Counted from the stretch's first letter, positions 27,699 to 37,896 are shown. The stretch: 59,293 nucleotides of DNA from Limisphaerales bacterium (GCA_022616725.1 JAKEEH010000246.1:1-59293), one strand, 5' to 3'. Made by a program: numbers and translations. The notes: generated by a model from the letters alone, not told the origin.

Positions 27699-28188
27699 TT
27701 CGCTTTTCTCTTTCTTCGCATTATCAGTCACACTACGACTGATGGGTTTTTTACGACACACGACAACATGCCCCGTGGCATGCGCCGATTTGTGTGCTCG
27801 TGGGGGGATTTAGCACCGGCTATGCCATTTCGTGCCGGTGTGAAAGGAAACTTTAATCCGTTGCCCCAGTTCCTTTAGAAGTGGAAGAGACGTTGGAAAG
27901 ATTTTTTCCAAAGCCTTGTTTACGGAACTTTCGCAATTTGCCTGAGAAACGTACAATGTTGAACTGCCATGAGCGTCTTGCCGCGGCGCTCGTACTGAAA
28001 CGGGACTTTGACAGCCAGATTCGGGATCACGGAGTGACACACCCGCATACGCCTGGAAAAAATAATTCCTAAAGCGGTAAAGTTTTTTGCCAGCGCTTCA
28101 CGCGGGCGACGGATCCTTCAAACGTGGTGCTGGAAAATCTCTTTCAATTAAAGACGCGGGGCATGCCCTAAAGCAGGGCGTCTGTCCC

Positions 28189-28310
28189 GGGAGAATGACG
28201 AATGACGAATGACGAAGCACGAATGCCTAATGACGACGGGCATTCCCTTCGGGTTTCGTCATTCCCTTAGGATATGGTCATTCGGAATATTCGGAATTAG
28301 TCATTCTCCC
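28189..28310. repeat. 122-bp MITE-like palindromic element with perfect 11-bp terminal inverted repeats GGGAGAATGAC / GTCATTCTCCC
   Basis: Direct reading. Internally it carries (GAATGAC)x3 on the left arm and TCATTCGGAATATTCGGAATTAGTCATTC on the right arm. Confidence 0.8.
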
Positions 28311-28404
28311 AAGGCGGTCCGTGATTCCCCGGTCAACGCAGTGGCAATCCCGGCAATGTCACACTACGTAGTCCCCTCGATGTACAAAAGCTTCAGGATT
28401 CTGT

Positions 28405-28623
28405 ATGGTGTATGCAACAAGACAATATATGGACGCGAGGTTTGAGATACTTGGGTTTTCGGTGGCGCGAAAGCATGCCTATTTCTATGCGTTGCTGTTG
28501 CTGGCGACGCTTTTTGCCAACACGGTGAAGGAGTTCGTCCCCGGCGAAACGGATGCAGACCGCGAAACGGCCCGGCTCGAGGAGGTTCAGAATACTGTCA
28601 AGAGAATCGCGGCCGGGCCGTGA
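28405..28623 (+). CDS. Possible small membrane protein (hypothetical)
   Basis: The ORF has G/C-biased third positions and one hydrophobic segment (YFYALLLLATLFANTV). An alternative ATG lies at 28429. No homology recognised, and it is flanked by repeat elements. Confidence 0.3.
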   Translation: MVYATRQYMDARFEILGFSVARKHAYFYALLLLATLFANTVKEFVPGETDADRETARLEEVQNTVKRIAAGP

Positions 28624-28624
28624 G

Positions 28625-28719
28625 ATTCGTGATTGGTGATTAGTGATCAGTGATTAGTCACTTATCTTCACTAATCACTACTCACCGATCATCAATCACC
28701 CGGCATTCGTCATTCTCCC
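28625..28719. repeat. Palindromic GTGATTA-type repeat block ending in an inverted GGGAGAATGACGAATG head
   Basis: agtgattagt-cacttatcttc-actaatcact forms a hairpin. GTCATTCTCCC at 28709-28719 supplies the last three codons and the stop of the gene at 28710-29810. Confidence 0.8.
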
Positions 28720-29810
28720 AGGCCCAGCGTTTCCTTGCAGAAGCGGATGCTCTTGTCGATTTCGGCTTTCTGATATTCCTGTTCGGCGAGCTTTCGGTCC
28801 TTGCCTTCGGGCGCCTTAAAAGGACCGCGCGGCTTTCCCTTTCTGGCCAGCGCGACAAACCGGGCGAAGTCTTGCGCCTTCACGTTCGGCCAGGCTTTCC
28901 AGAAATCAGGGTTCAAGTATGGAATTTCCCGATTAAACCCGGAAATGGTCTCAATGTGGACCGGAACGCCCGGACACAGCTCCGCAAAGCGATCGAAATA
29001 TCTTTTCAGGTCAATAATCCCGTCGCCCATCGCGGTCCATTGCACGGTCGCGCCATTGGCCGACTCCCAGATCGCCGAATCGCGGAGGCTCGTCGTAACG
29101 ACATAGGGTCCGAGGACTTCCAGGCTGGCGAGCGGATCCTCCATCGTCCACACGGCGTTGCCGGAATCCATATTTGCGCCAACATAATCTTTGCCCGCCG
29201 CTTCGATCAGTTGCGCGACCTCTGTCGCCTGCATGTCGCCAGCGTGATTTTCCATCGCAATCTTTACCCCGGCATCAAGGGCCTTCGATCGGGCGGTTTT
29301 GAGAACCTTGACCGTATCGGCAATTCGCGCTTCGATGCCGCCTGGTGATTTGCGATCCTCGCCGTTGCCGAGGATCACGCGCAGGACTGGCGAGCCAAGG
29401 GCTTTCGCGACGCGGATCCCGAGTGCGAGATGCTCTTCGGCAGTCCCCCACTTGGGATTGAAAGTTTTTGAACTTGGGCAAACGCTCCAGGTGCCTAAAT
29501 GAATCTGCAACCCTTTGTCTGCGGCGCGCGACTTCACTTCCGCAAGATGCTTGTCGTCGAAACTGTCGAAGGCGTTGAGGTCCGAAATGAATAGCGAGTC
29601 GGTTTGCAGTGAGGCCGCATAATCAATCAACGCAGGGGCTTTCCAGCCCATGGCCCGAACGGAAAAGTTGTCGAGGCCGAGTTTGATGCGCCGTCGTGGT
29701 GGCGGTGAATCTGCGGCCACCGCTACTGTGGCACCAAGAATCGCCGCGGTGGTGGTTTGTAAGAATGTCCGCCGATTGATATTCGGCTCAATGAGATTTC
29801 GCGAGATCAT
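28710..29810 (-). CDS. Tat-exported sugar phosphate isomerase/epimerase (xylose isomerase-like TIM barrel)
   Basis: A twin-arginine leader (NRRTFLQTTTAAILGATVAVAA) is followed by TIM-barrel AP-endonuclease-2-family motifs (LGLDNFSVR, IAMENHAGD). ATG 29810 is preferred. Confidence 0.8.
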   Translation of the reverse strand: MISRNLIEPNINRRTFLQTTTAAILGATVAVAADSPPPRRRIKLGLDNFSVRAMGWKAPALIDYAASLQTDSLFISDLNAFDSFDDKHLAEVKSRAADKGLQIHLGTWSVCPSSKTFNPKWGTAEEHLALGIRVAKALGSPVLRVILGNGEDRKSPGGIEARIADTVKVLKTARSKALDAGVKIAMENHAGDMQATEVAQLIEAAGKDYVGANMDSGNAVWTMEDPLASLEVLGPYVVTTSLRDSAIWESANGATVQWTAMGDGIIDLKRYFDRFAELCPGVPVHIETISGFNREIPYLNPDFWKAWPNVKAQDFARFVALARKGKPRGPFKAPEGKDRKLAEQEYQKAEIDKSIRFCKETLGLGE

Positions 29811-30076
29811 AGAACCTTGAGTCGCACCACTCGTACCCAATCATCTGGCGCTCGCCAAGAACTATCGAATGGCTTTGCCGCGGCGCGCCGACCCTCCCGC
29901 GTGCATCGGGTATCTTCATGAGAGCTTTATGCACGTCCGAGATTTTGCCTTCTCCTCCCCGTTTTGGAGACACAATGGCATTCATTTCGACCATTTGTCC
30001 ACCAAACGTCTGACATGACGCCGGGTGTCGGTTGATTGATCGTTCCGGCATCGCTACGAAAATAGGGTTTGCCTCT

Positions 30077-33000
30077 ATGAAACTGACCTTGACTTCATTA
30101 CGGATTCTCGCCGCTTTTTCAGGAGTTGTCGGCGCGCCTGGCACTTCTTTCGCTGCTCCGCGCGATTGGACCGGGGCCAGCGGCGCGGGTGTGTTTTGGT
30201 CCACGCCTGAGAACTGGTCGCCCATCGGTCTTCCGGGCATGACGGACGACGTTCGGTTTTTTGATCCTGGGGCGGTCCTCGACACCACCATCAACAGCAC
30301 CGTTTCCGCCAATACGACGATTCGTTCGCTCTGGTTCGGTCAGACGAACGGTTTCCATAACCTGCTGATCGAACCGGGCGTGACACTGACGGTTCAGGGA
30401 ACAAACGATAACGGCTTTGGCCGTCTTGGAACCGTGCCGGGCGCGGATATGCCCGATCCGAACGTGCAATCGACACTCTACGTCGGCACAAAGGTTGACG
30501 GCGAGGTTGCCACAAAAGTGACAGCAACTATCTCGGGCGAAGGCGGTATCCTGATGCTGAATAATACGAACAATGAAATCAATATCCGCCAGGCTGTTGG
30601 CGGCACATTGGGTGGGGGAGATCATCGCGCTATATTGAATATGTCCGGCCTTGGAACGTTCACCGCCAATCTCAGCCGAATTCGAGTTGGTGACGGCGAG
30701 GCCAATCCAATCCGGCGGGCCGAAGGACAGCTCTGGCTTGCGAAAACCAACATCATCACTCTCTCCGGACCCTCGTTGGCGGATGATGTGCAACTTGTGA
30801 TCGGCAACAACGATGTCAACAACAATGGCAACGGAAGCATCTCGTATCTTTATCTCGGACAGGAGAACAGACTCAACGTGGATCATGTCCTTGTCGGCGC
30901 ACGAAAGCAGCAAGGCAACATTTCGTTTCAAGCCGGATTAATATCCCCGTCGCTCATCATGCGGGGAAGCGATGGCGTGAGCCGTGTGGTAGCGCTGCGG
31001 ATCGGCGATGAATCCGATCAGGCCAACAGCGGAAATCCGACCACCGGACGGATCGACCTTAATAGCGGAACCGTGGACATCCTTGCCGACACGATCCTCG
31101 TCGGAAAGGGTCAGCAGCAGACCGGGCGCGAAGCGATTGGATTCCTGACCCTTGGCGAGGGAAATCTCGACGTGAACACACTGGAGATAGCGTTTCAGAC
31201 TTCCGAAACTGCCAACAATCGCGTGGACGGGACGGTCACCTTCAACGGCACGACCGTTCTCGTGAACGATTTGCTCCGCCTGGGTCGTTCCGCGGGGTCG
31301 CCTGCGGCGCGGAACGCCACGCTGAACATCAATGAAGGAGGCACAGTAACTGTGGCGGACAAACTGCTGACCGAGGGCACCGCGACCATCAACATCACGA
31401 ACGGTCTTCTCCGGCTGCTTTCGAATTCGCCCGTTCTCGCGAGCACTGCTGTTTTGGACGGTGGGACAATCAGCAATGCTGCACTGATCAAAATCACGAA
31501 TTTGTTCGTCCTCACTAACAACGGCGCGATCATAGGCAACCCGGTGTTCGACATGGGGGATAGTGGTTTGGCGACCTGGGATGTCCGTGGCGCGCCGGGC
31601 GACACATTGACCGTGAGCAATGCTTTCCACGGAAGCGGGACCTATATAGGAAACCTGGTGCAGGCGCGGGGCGCAACGATCAGCCCGGGTGGAAACGGCT
31701 CCGCCGGAACTCTCTCGATTCAGCAAATGACCACGGGTGGAGACCTGACCCTGGAGGGAGGCACTCTTCGTTTTGATCTCTCCAACAGCGGTGTCGGCGG
31801 CAATGATCAGATTGCGGTCGGCGCATTCCTCAACTTAAACGGCACAAATGATGTCAACATCACGGCGCTCGGCGGGACGCTTGACATATCGAATCCCTAC
31901 ACGCTGATCAGTTCGGCCGGGTTGATCGGAAACGAGACTTACTTCCGCGTCGCCGGCCCACTGGCGGAAAGCCGATACGACTTTACTTTTGACACCAGCT
32001 TTGTGCCGAACTCGGTCGCCCTGCTCGTGAGCAGCGGACCCGCCAACCTCACCTGGGTCGGCGATGGCACGGCCAACGCCTGGGACCTGAAGGGAGCGGC
32101 GAACTGGACCCTTGGAGGACCCACCGCCGCGCAGTTTTTCACTTTGGACTCCGTGACATTCAACGATTTCGGTTCGGCTTCGCCGGCGGTCAACCTCGTC
32201 GGAGCGCTAAGCCCAAGTGCGATCACCGTCAGCAACCCGACAAAGGATTATTCGTTCAGCGGCGCCGGCGGCGTGCATGGCGCGCCATTGACGAAGGACG
32301 GCGCCGGGTCGCTGACCTTTAACAACACGGGTGACAATAGCTTCGGTGGCGTGGTGACCATTATCGACGGAGCAGTGACGTTCTCGAATGTCGGCCTCAA
32401 CACTTTCGCCAACGGCCTGGAGGTCAACGGCGGCAGCCTGACACTTTCGGGCAACAATACCAACAACGTCACGGGCGGCGCGCTGTCGGTCGGCGCGGGC
32501 GCGATGCTCACCGTGGCCAACGCACATCCTAACGATCTCGGCAGCGGCCTGACGGACCTCGACGGCACGCTGACGATCGATCAGGCGGTGGACTCAACGA
32601 TGATGAACGTCCTGTCAGGCGGCGGCACGCTCGTGAAGGCGGGCACCGGCACGCTGACATTGGCCAGCGACAACAGCGCTTTGAGCAGCGTCATCCAAAT
32701 CAACGGCGGCACCGTTCGAGCAGGCGGGCCCAGTGCAGTGGGGATCACGGGTGTGGCGATTGCAACTGGCGGAGCGCTGAACGTGAACGGCCAGAACCTT
32801 GGCACCGTGCCGGTGACTGTCGCCGGCGCCGGCCCGGACAACCGCGGCGCGATCATCAACACAGCGGCACCGCAACTCAACGCGCTGACAACTGTCGCAT
32901 TGATGGGAAATGCGAGCTTCGGCGGTTCGGGGCCATGGAACACCGACCCGGTGTCGAATCGCGGGCGATGGGATATTCGGAATGGAACGTTGGCCAGTGG

Positions 33001-34186
33001 AGCCCAGCCTTTCACTTTGACGAAGGTCGGCTCGAACCAGGTGACTCTCGCCGGAACCCTGGTTGATGCGGCTCTGGGCGATATCGACGTCCAGGAAGGC
33101 ATGCTCCAATTTGAAGGCGCCACCACCTCCATGGGCGATCCCACCGCGACATTAACCGTCAGGGCGGGGGCAACGGTTTCGTTTTTTGACACCACCACTG
33201 CCTGGGACAAGAAGATCGTTCTGTTCGGCAACGGGGCCACGCCCAGTCTATTCAATTGGATGGGCGCCAACACCATCGCCGGTCCTGTGACCCTGAATGG
33301 CAATTGCGTCATCGGCGGCGCACCGGCGGATCGAGGCACGCCCGTTTCGCTGACGTTGAATGGTTCAGTTGAGGGCGCCGGCGGCCTGACGAAGATAGCG
33401 CTCGATACGCTTGTGCTCGGCGGCACCTATACCTACACAGGTGACACAGTGGTGAACGCTGGCACGCTGGCGCTTGTCCAGGAAGGTTCATTGGCCAGTC
33501 CGAACATCACGATTCACACGGATGCCACTCTCGATGCGAGCGGGACTTTTAGCGGCGCGTTGACGCTGGCGGCCGGTCAGACGCTTAAGGGCAACGGAGC
33601 AATCACGGGAACGCTTATTGCCGCAGCGGGCTCGACCGTTTCGCCGGGCGCGTCTGTCGGCGCCCTCAGCGCGAGCGAGGACGTCACTGTCCAAGGCACA
33701 ACGGTTATGGAACTGGACGCGGCACTCGACACGAATGACGTGCTTCGTGCCGGCGTGTTTATGACGTTTGGCGGCACGTTGCAGTTGGCGGTCGTATCGG
33801 GGACGCTGGCTGCCGGCGACAGCTTCAAACTGTTCGACGCCCCGTCCTATAGTGGTTCGTTCACCAGCATCGTCCCGGCGACGCCCGGTCCCGGATTGGC
33901 ATGGAATACCACCACGCTCGCATCGGACGGGACGCTGCGCATTGCCATGGGCGGGCAGCCGCAAATCGGTCCCCCAGCCCTGGCAGGAGGTAATTTGGTG
34001 TTTAGCGGCACGGGCGGGACTCCGAACGGAACTTATTACGTGCTCTCGGCCACAAACATAGCCTTGCCACTGGGGACTTGGACCCGGATCGCGACCAATA
34101 CATTTGACGGAAACGGCGACTTCAGCGTGAGTACGCCCATCAACCTGGGGACCCCGCAACGCTTCTTCGTCCTGGAAACGCCTTGA
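30077..34186 (+). CDS. Giant secreted autotransporter-associated beta-strand-repeat (PATR) protein
   Basis: Signal peptide from ATG 30077 and WTGASGAGVFWSTPENW. Repeated units such as LTKDGAGSLTFNNTGDNSFGGVVTIIDGAVTF and LVKAGTGTLTLASDNSALSSVIQINGGTVRAGG are typical PATR repeats. No beta-barrel is evident at the C-terminus. Confidence 0.8.
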   Translation: MKLTLTSLRILAAFSGVVGAPGTSFAAPRDWTGASGAGVFWSTPENWSPIGLPGMTDDVRFFDPGAVLDTTINSTVSANTTIRSLWFGQTNGFHNLLIEPGVTLTVQGTNDNGFGRLGTVPGADMPDPNVQSTLYVGTKVDGEVATKVTATISGEGGILMLNNTNNEINIRQAVGGTLGGGDHRAILNMSGLGTFTANLSRIRVGDGEANPIRRAEGQLWLAKTNIITLSGPSLADDVQLVIGNNDVNNNGNGSISYLYLGQENRLNVDHVLVGARKQQGNISFQAGLISPSLIMRGSDGVSRVVALRIGDESDQANSGNPTTGRIDLNSGTVDILADTILVGKGQQQTGREAIGFLTLGEGNLDVNTLEIAFQTSETANNRVDGTVTFNGTTVLVNDLLRLGRSAGSPAARNATLNINEGGTVTVADKLLTEGTATINITNGLLRLLSNSPVLASTAVLDGGTISNAALIKITNLFVLTNNGAIIGNPVFDMGDSGLATWDVRGAPGDTLTVSNAFHGSGTYIGNLVQARGATISPGGNGSAGTLSIQQMTTGGDLTLEGGTLRFDLSNSGVGGNDQIAVGAFLNLNGTNDVNITALGGTLDISNPYTLISSAGLIGNETYFRVAGPLAESRYDFTFDTSFVPNSVALLVSSGPANLTWVGDGTANAWDLKGAANWTLGGPTAAQFFTLDSVTFNDFGSASPAVNLVGALSPSAITVSNPTKDYSFSGAGGVHGAPLTKDGAGSLTFNNTGDNSFGGVVTIIDGAVTFSNVGLNTFANGLEVNGGSLTLSGNNTNNVTGGALSVGAGAMLTVANAHPNDLGSGLTDLDGTLTIDQAVDSTMMNVLSGGGTLVKAGTGTLTLASDNSALSSVIQINGGTVRAGGPSAVGITGVAIATGGALNVNGQNLGTVPVTVAGAGPDNRGAIINTAAPQLNALTTVALMGNASFGGSGPWNTDPVSNRGRWDIRNGTLASGAQPFTLTKVGSNQVTLAGTLVDAALGDIDVQEGMLQFEGATTSMGDPTATLTVRAGATVSFFDTTTAWDKKIVLFGNGATPSLFNWMGANTIAGPVTLNGNCVIGGAPADRGTPVSLTLNGSVEGAGGLTKIALDTLVLGGTYTYTGDTVVNAGTLALVQEGSLASPNITIHTDATLDASGTFSGALTLAAGQTLKGNGAITGTLIAAAGSTVSPGASVGALSASEDVTVQGTTVMELDAALDTNDVLRAGVFMTFGGTLQLAVVSGTLAAGDSFKLFDAPSYSGSFTSIVPATPGPGLAWNTTTLASDGTLRIAMGGQPQIGPPALAGGNLVFSGTGGTPNGTYYVLSATNIALPLGTWTRIATNTFDGNGDFSVSTPINLGTPQRFFVLETP

Positions 34187-34295
34187 TCGCGAACCATTGA
34201 GAGCCTGCCAAACGGCTCCTCTCCGTCAAATATCGGACAACAATGCGTTCTTGTCCGGTCGAATGGTTTTATGTAATTTTACGTCGGAATTCTTT

Positions 34296-36140
34296 ATGGT
34301 GTCGGTGGGTCAGAAATCCGTCCTTCAACGGTTCGTGCTCAGGGCATTTCCGTACGTTGCCCTCGGTTTGACGGCGGTGTTCCCCAGCTTCGTTTGCGCC
34401 AGTGACGCCGAAGAGATCGACTGGAGGAAGGAGCAGGAGTTTTGGGCCTTTCGCGCGCCAACCGCTCCGGCGCGCCCGCGGGTGACCAATCAGCGCTGGC
34501 CCCGCCAGGAGCTGGACTATTTTGTCCTCGGTCGGTTGGAGAAGCAGGGACTAACCCCCTCGAGCCCTGCTGAGAAGCGGGCACTCATACGCCGCGTTAC
34601 ATTTGATCTTACCGGACTGCCGCCCACGCCCGCCGAAGTGGAAGCGTTTCTGAAAGATCGCCGCGGTGATGCCTACGCACGGTTGGTGGATCGGCTGATG
34701 GCGTCCCCCGCGTTTGGCGAACGAATGGCGAGCCTATGGTTGCCGCTGGCCCGCTACGCGGAAGATCAGGCGCACCAGGTCGGCAAAGACACGAAATTCT
34801 TCTATCCCAACGCCTACAAATACCGGGAATGGGTTATCGACGCCTTCAATGGCGATTTGCCTTACGATCAGTTCATCCGCTTCCAGATCGCTGCGGACAA
34901 GATGGGCGCTGCAGGGACGAACCATTTAGCCGCGCTCGGGTTTATCGGGCTTGGCCCGAAGTACTACAATCGCAACCGGCTTGAAGTGATGGCCGATGAG
35001 TGGGAGGACCGGGTCGATACTGTCACGCGGACATTTTTGGGGCTGACCGTGGCATGCGCGCGTTGTCACGACCACAAACTCGAGCCGATCACGCGCGAGG
35101 ACTACTACGGGCTGGCGGGTGTGTTTGCCAGCACGAGGATGATCAATCGGGCGCCGGACGGCCCCGCGGAAAAGGCTGAGAGCGCCGAAAAGATGTCGGC
35201 TGGAACCTTGCACATGGTGGAGGACGACAAGCCGCAGGACTTGAATGTATTCATCCGCGGGAACGTCGATCGTAAAGGCCCGATCGCGCCACGACAGTTC
35301 GTCCGCATTCTTTGCCGCGAGGAACCGGCGAAGTTCCACGAAGGCAGCGGGCGCATGGAACTGGCCGAGGCGATTGCCGACGCGGAGAATCCCGTCACCG
35401 CCCGCGTCATGGTGAACCGGCTGTGGGGCGCCTTCTTCGGGCGACCCATCGTGCCAACATCCAGTAATTTCGGGCGATCCGGTGAGCCTCCAAGCAATCG
35501 CGAACTGTTGGACTTCCTCGCGGTCCGCTTCATGCGCGAGGGATGGTCCATGAAAGCGCTTGTTCGCGACATGGTTCTTTCGGCGACCTACCAGCAGGCG
35601 TCCGCCGGAAACCCAAAGAACGAATCGATCGATGCCGCCAATGAGTCGCTCTGGAAAATGAATCGGCGCAGGCTGTCGGTTGAGCAATGGCGCGACGCCT
35701 TGCTCTCGGTCTCGGGCCAACTGGAACCCACCGGCGGCAAGTCCATCGAACTGGACGATCCCGAGAATCGGAAGCGGACGGTTTACGCTCGTATCAGCAG
35801 GCTGCAGTTGAACGCATTGCTCATGCATTTCGATTATCCCGACGCCAATGTTCACGCCGAAAAGCGCTCCTCCACGACCACCGCCATGCAAAAGCTGTTC
35901 GCGCTCAACAGCCCGTTCATCATCGAGTGCGCAAACGCATTCGCCGGGCGCGTTACCGCCGAGAGCAGGGTTGCCGAGGGACAAATCCGGCTGGCGTACC
36001 AACTGGCCTTTGGCCGCGAACCTGATAAGGAGGAAGTTAAGCTCGGAATCGGATTCCTCCGCCGCGGATCGGGGGCGGAGCGCTGGCCGGAGTATGCCCA
36101 GGCCTTGTTAATGTCAAATGAAATGTTCTATGTGGACTGA
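34296..36140 (+). CDS. DUF1549/DUF1553 domain-containing protein
   Basis: LDYFVLGRLEKQGLTPSSPAEKRALIRRVTFDLTGLPPTPAEVEAFL matches DUF1549 and CARCHDHKLEPITREDYYGLAGVF marks the DUF1553 region. A signal peptide follows ATG 34296. Confidence 0.85.
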   Translation: MVSVGQKSVLQRFVLRAFPYVALGLTAVFPSFVCASDAEEIDWRKEQEFWAFRAPTAPARPRVTNQRWPRQELDYFVLGRLEKQGLTPSSPAEKRALIRRVTFDLTGLPPTPAEVEAFLKDRRGDAYARLVDRLMASPAFGERMASLWLPLARYAEDQAHQVGKDTKFFYPNAYKYREWVIDAFNGDLPYDQFIRFQIAADKMGAAGTNHLAALGFIGLGPKYYNRNRLEVMADEWEDRVDTVTRTFLGLTVACARCHDHKLEPITREDYYGLAGVFASTRMINRAPDGPAEKAESAEKMSAGTLHMVEDDKPQDLNVFIRGNVDRKGPIAPRQFVRILCREEPAKFHEGSGRMELAEAIADAENPVTARVMVNRLWGAFFGRPIVPTSSNFGRSGEPPSNRELLDFLAVRFMREGWSMKALVRDMVLSATYQQASAGNPKNESIDAANESLWKMNRRRLSVEQWRDALLSVSGQLEPTGGKSIELDDPENRKRTVYARISRLQLNALLMHFDYPDANVHAEKRSSTTTAMQKLFALNSPFIIECANAFAGRVTAESRVAEGQIRLAYQLAFGREPDKEEVKLGIGFLRRGSGAERWPEYAQALLMSNEMFYVD

Positions 36141-37548
36141 ACCGCGCGCCCGCTCGCAGACAGGCTCGCTCTCGCGCCGCGAGATGTTGCGCCGCATGTG
36201 CGCCGGCTTCGGCATGGTGGGTCTGGCAGGCTTGTTAGGGCCGCAGAGTCTGCTCGCCGCAGCCACCACCCGCGCCCCGCATTTCAAACCGCGCGCGAAG
36301 CGGGTCATTTTCCTGTTCATGAATGGCGGACCGTCGCACGTCGATACATTCGACCCGAAGCCGAAGTTGCGCGAAGTCGAGGGCGAGCAGCCGAGTGGCG
36401 AATTATACAAAAAGAGCAAAGGGACTGGGTTCATGCCGTCGCCGCTCAAATTTACAAAGCATGGCCGCAGCGGCATCGAGGTCAGCGAGACTTTGCTGAA
36501 TATCGGCGGCGTGATCGACGACTGTTGCATTATCCGCTCGATGAAAACGGATGTGCCCAATCACGAGCCCGCGTTGCTCCAGATGCACACCGGCAACGTC
36601 CAGCCCATTCGGCCCGCCATTGGATCGTGGTTGCTTTATGGACTTGGCTCGGAGAATGAGAACCTCCCAGGTTACGTGGTCTTGCGGCCCAGCCCGAAGA
36701 TCGTGGTCGGACCAGCCTTGTGGAGCAATAGCTTCCTTCCGGCTGAGTTTCAGGCCACGAGCGTCATCACCGCGAACACGAAGGTGGAGGAACTCATCGC
36801 CAACGTCAGGAATCCCAAACTGACGCCGGAACGGCAGCGGGAGCAGTTGGATCTCGTCCAGGCGTTGAATCGACGCCACGCCGCCGGCCGGGAGCACGAT
36901 TCTGAACTGGAAGGCCAGATCAAGTCGTTGGAGACGGCATTCCACATGCAGAAGCAGGCGATACAGACCTTCGACATCACGCGCGAGCCCGAACATGTCC
37001 GGGCGAAATATGGCGATACGCCGTTTGCGCGTTCGTGCCTGCTCGCGCGGCGGCTCGTCGAAGACGGCGTGCGGTTTGTGACCGTCTATTACGTGGGTTC
37101 ATCGAACAACCAGCCGTGGGACACGCACTCGGACCACAACGAGGGCCATCGCAAATTGTGCGTTGACAGCGACAAGGCAACCGCGGCGCTCATCACCGAC
37201 TTGAAAGAGCGCGGTTTGTTGGATGATACCCTCGTGATCTGGGGCGGCGAATTTGGCCGCACCCCCTACGCCGAGAACCGGGAGAAGCAAAAGGTCGGGC
37301 GCGACCATCATCACACCGCGTTTTCAATGCTGCTGGCCGGTGGCGGCGTGAAGGGCGGCACCGTCTATGGCGCCTCGGATGACCTCGGAATGAATGCCGT
37401 CGAAAACCCGGTTCACGTCCACGATTTTCACGCAACGATCCTCCATCTGCTCGGCCTCGACCACGAACGCCTCACCTACCGCTACGCCGGCCGCGACTTC
37501 CGTCTCACCGACGTTCACGGCCGCGTCGTGAAGGAAATCATGGCGTAG
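36130..37548 (+). CDS. DUF1501 domain-containing protein (sulfatase-fold, Tat leader)
   Basis: SRREMLRRMCAGFGMVGLAGLL is a Tat-like leader. VIFLFMNGGPSHVDTFDPKP and WGGEFGRTP are DUF1501 hallmarks. The start overlaps the DUF1553 stop (ATGTGGACTGA). Confidence 0.85.
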   Translation: MWTEPRARSQTGSLSRREMLRRMCAGFGMVGLAGLLGPQSLLAAATTRAPHFKPRAKRVIFLFMNGGPSHVDTFDPKPKLREVEGEQPSGELYKKSKGTGFMPSPLKFTKHGRSGIEVSETLLNIGGVIDDCCIIRSMKTDVPNHEPALLQMHTGNVQPIRPAIGSWLLYGLGSENENLPGYVVLRPSPKIVVGPALWSNSFLPAEFQATSVITANTKVEELIANVRNPKLTPERQREQLDLVQALNRRHAAGREHDSELEGQIKSLETAFHMQKQAIQTFDITREPEHVRAKYGDTPFARSCLLARRLVEDGVRFVTVYYVGSSNNQPWDTHSDHNEGHRKLCVDSDKATAALITDLKERGLLDDTLVIWGGEFGRTPYAENREKQKVGRDHHHTAFSMLLAGGGVKGGTVYGASDDLGMNAVENPVHVHDFHATILHLLGLDHERLTYRYAGRDFRLTDVHGRVVKEIMA

Positions 37549-37842
37549 GGCGCACGTGCCGCGTAAATGTAAATGTAAAATGCGGAACTCCGACCACTAA
37601 ACCGCGCACTGTCCTCCACCGCCATACGCAGGCACGCCGTCGGCGGGCCAAATCCTAAAATCCTGAAAGGCCGAAAGCCGAAATCGTGAAACAGGATGAG
37701 CGTGCGCCAGTAAAAGTACTGTTTGCCCTCCATGTCCTTTTCCCCGACGAGATCCCGTGTTCGCCGCAGTAGTTCTTCCTCATCGGGGACTTCACAGGCA
37801 GTTCGTACTTCAGTACTAACTGCTTTGTCTCTGATTATGGTT

Positions 37843-37896
37843 TCTGACTGTGTCTCTGACTGTGACTGTGACTGTGACTGTGACTGTGACTGTGTG
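37843..37896. repeat. Hexanucleotide microsatellite (TGTGAC)n, 5 perfect copies plus degenerate flanks
   Basis: Direct reading. It is translated as (DC)n on the plus strand and (SQ)n on the minus strand in the ORF track. Confidence 0.9.

Noticed and set aside
34234-34257. Hairpins as intrinsic terminators: CGGACAA/TTGTCCG after the PATR gene, GAGCGCGA/TCGCGCTC at 51952-51972 after pckG, and CCAAAG/CTTTGG at 47596-47624 between fumC and ccsA
   Set aside because: The stems are real but short, and none is followed directly by a U-tract. I cannot support calling them terminators from sequence alone.
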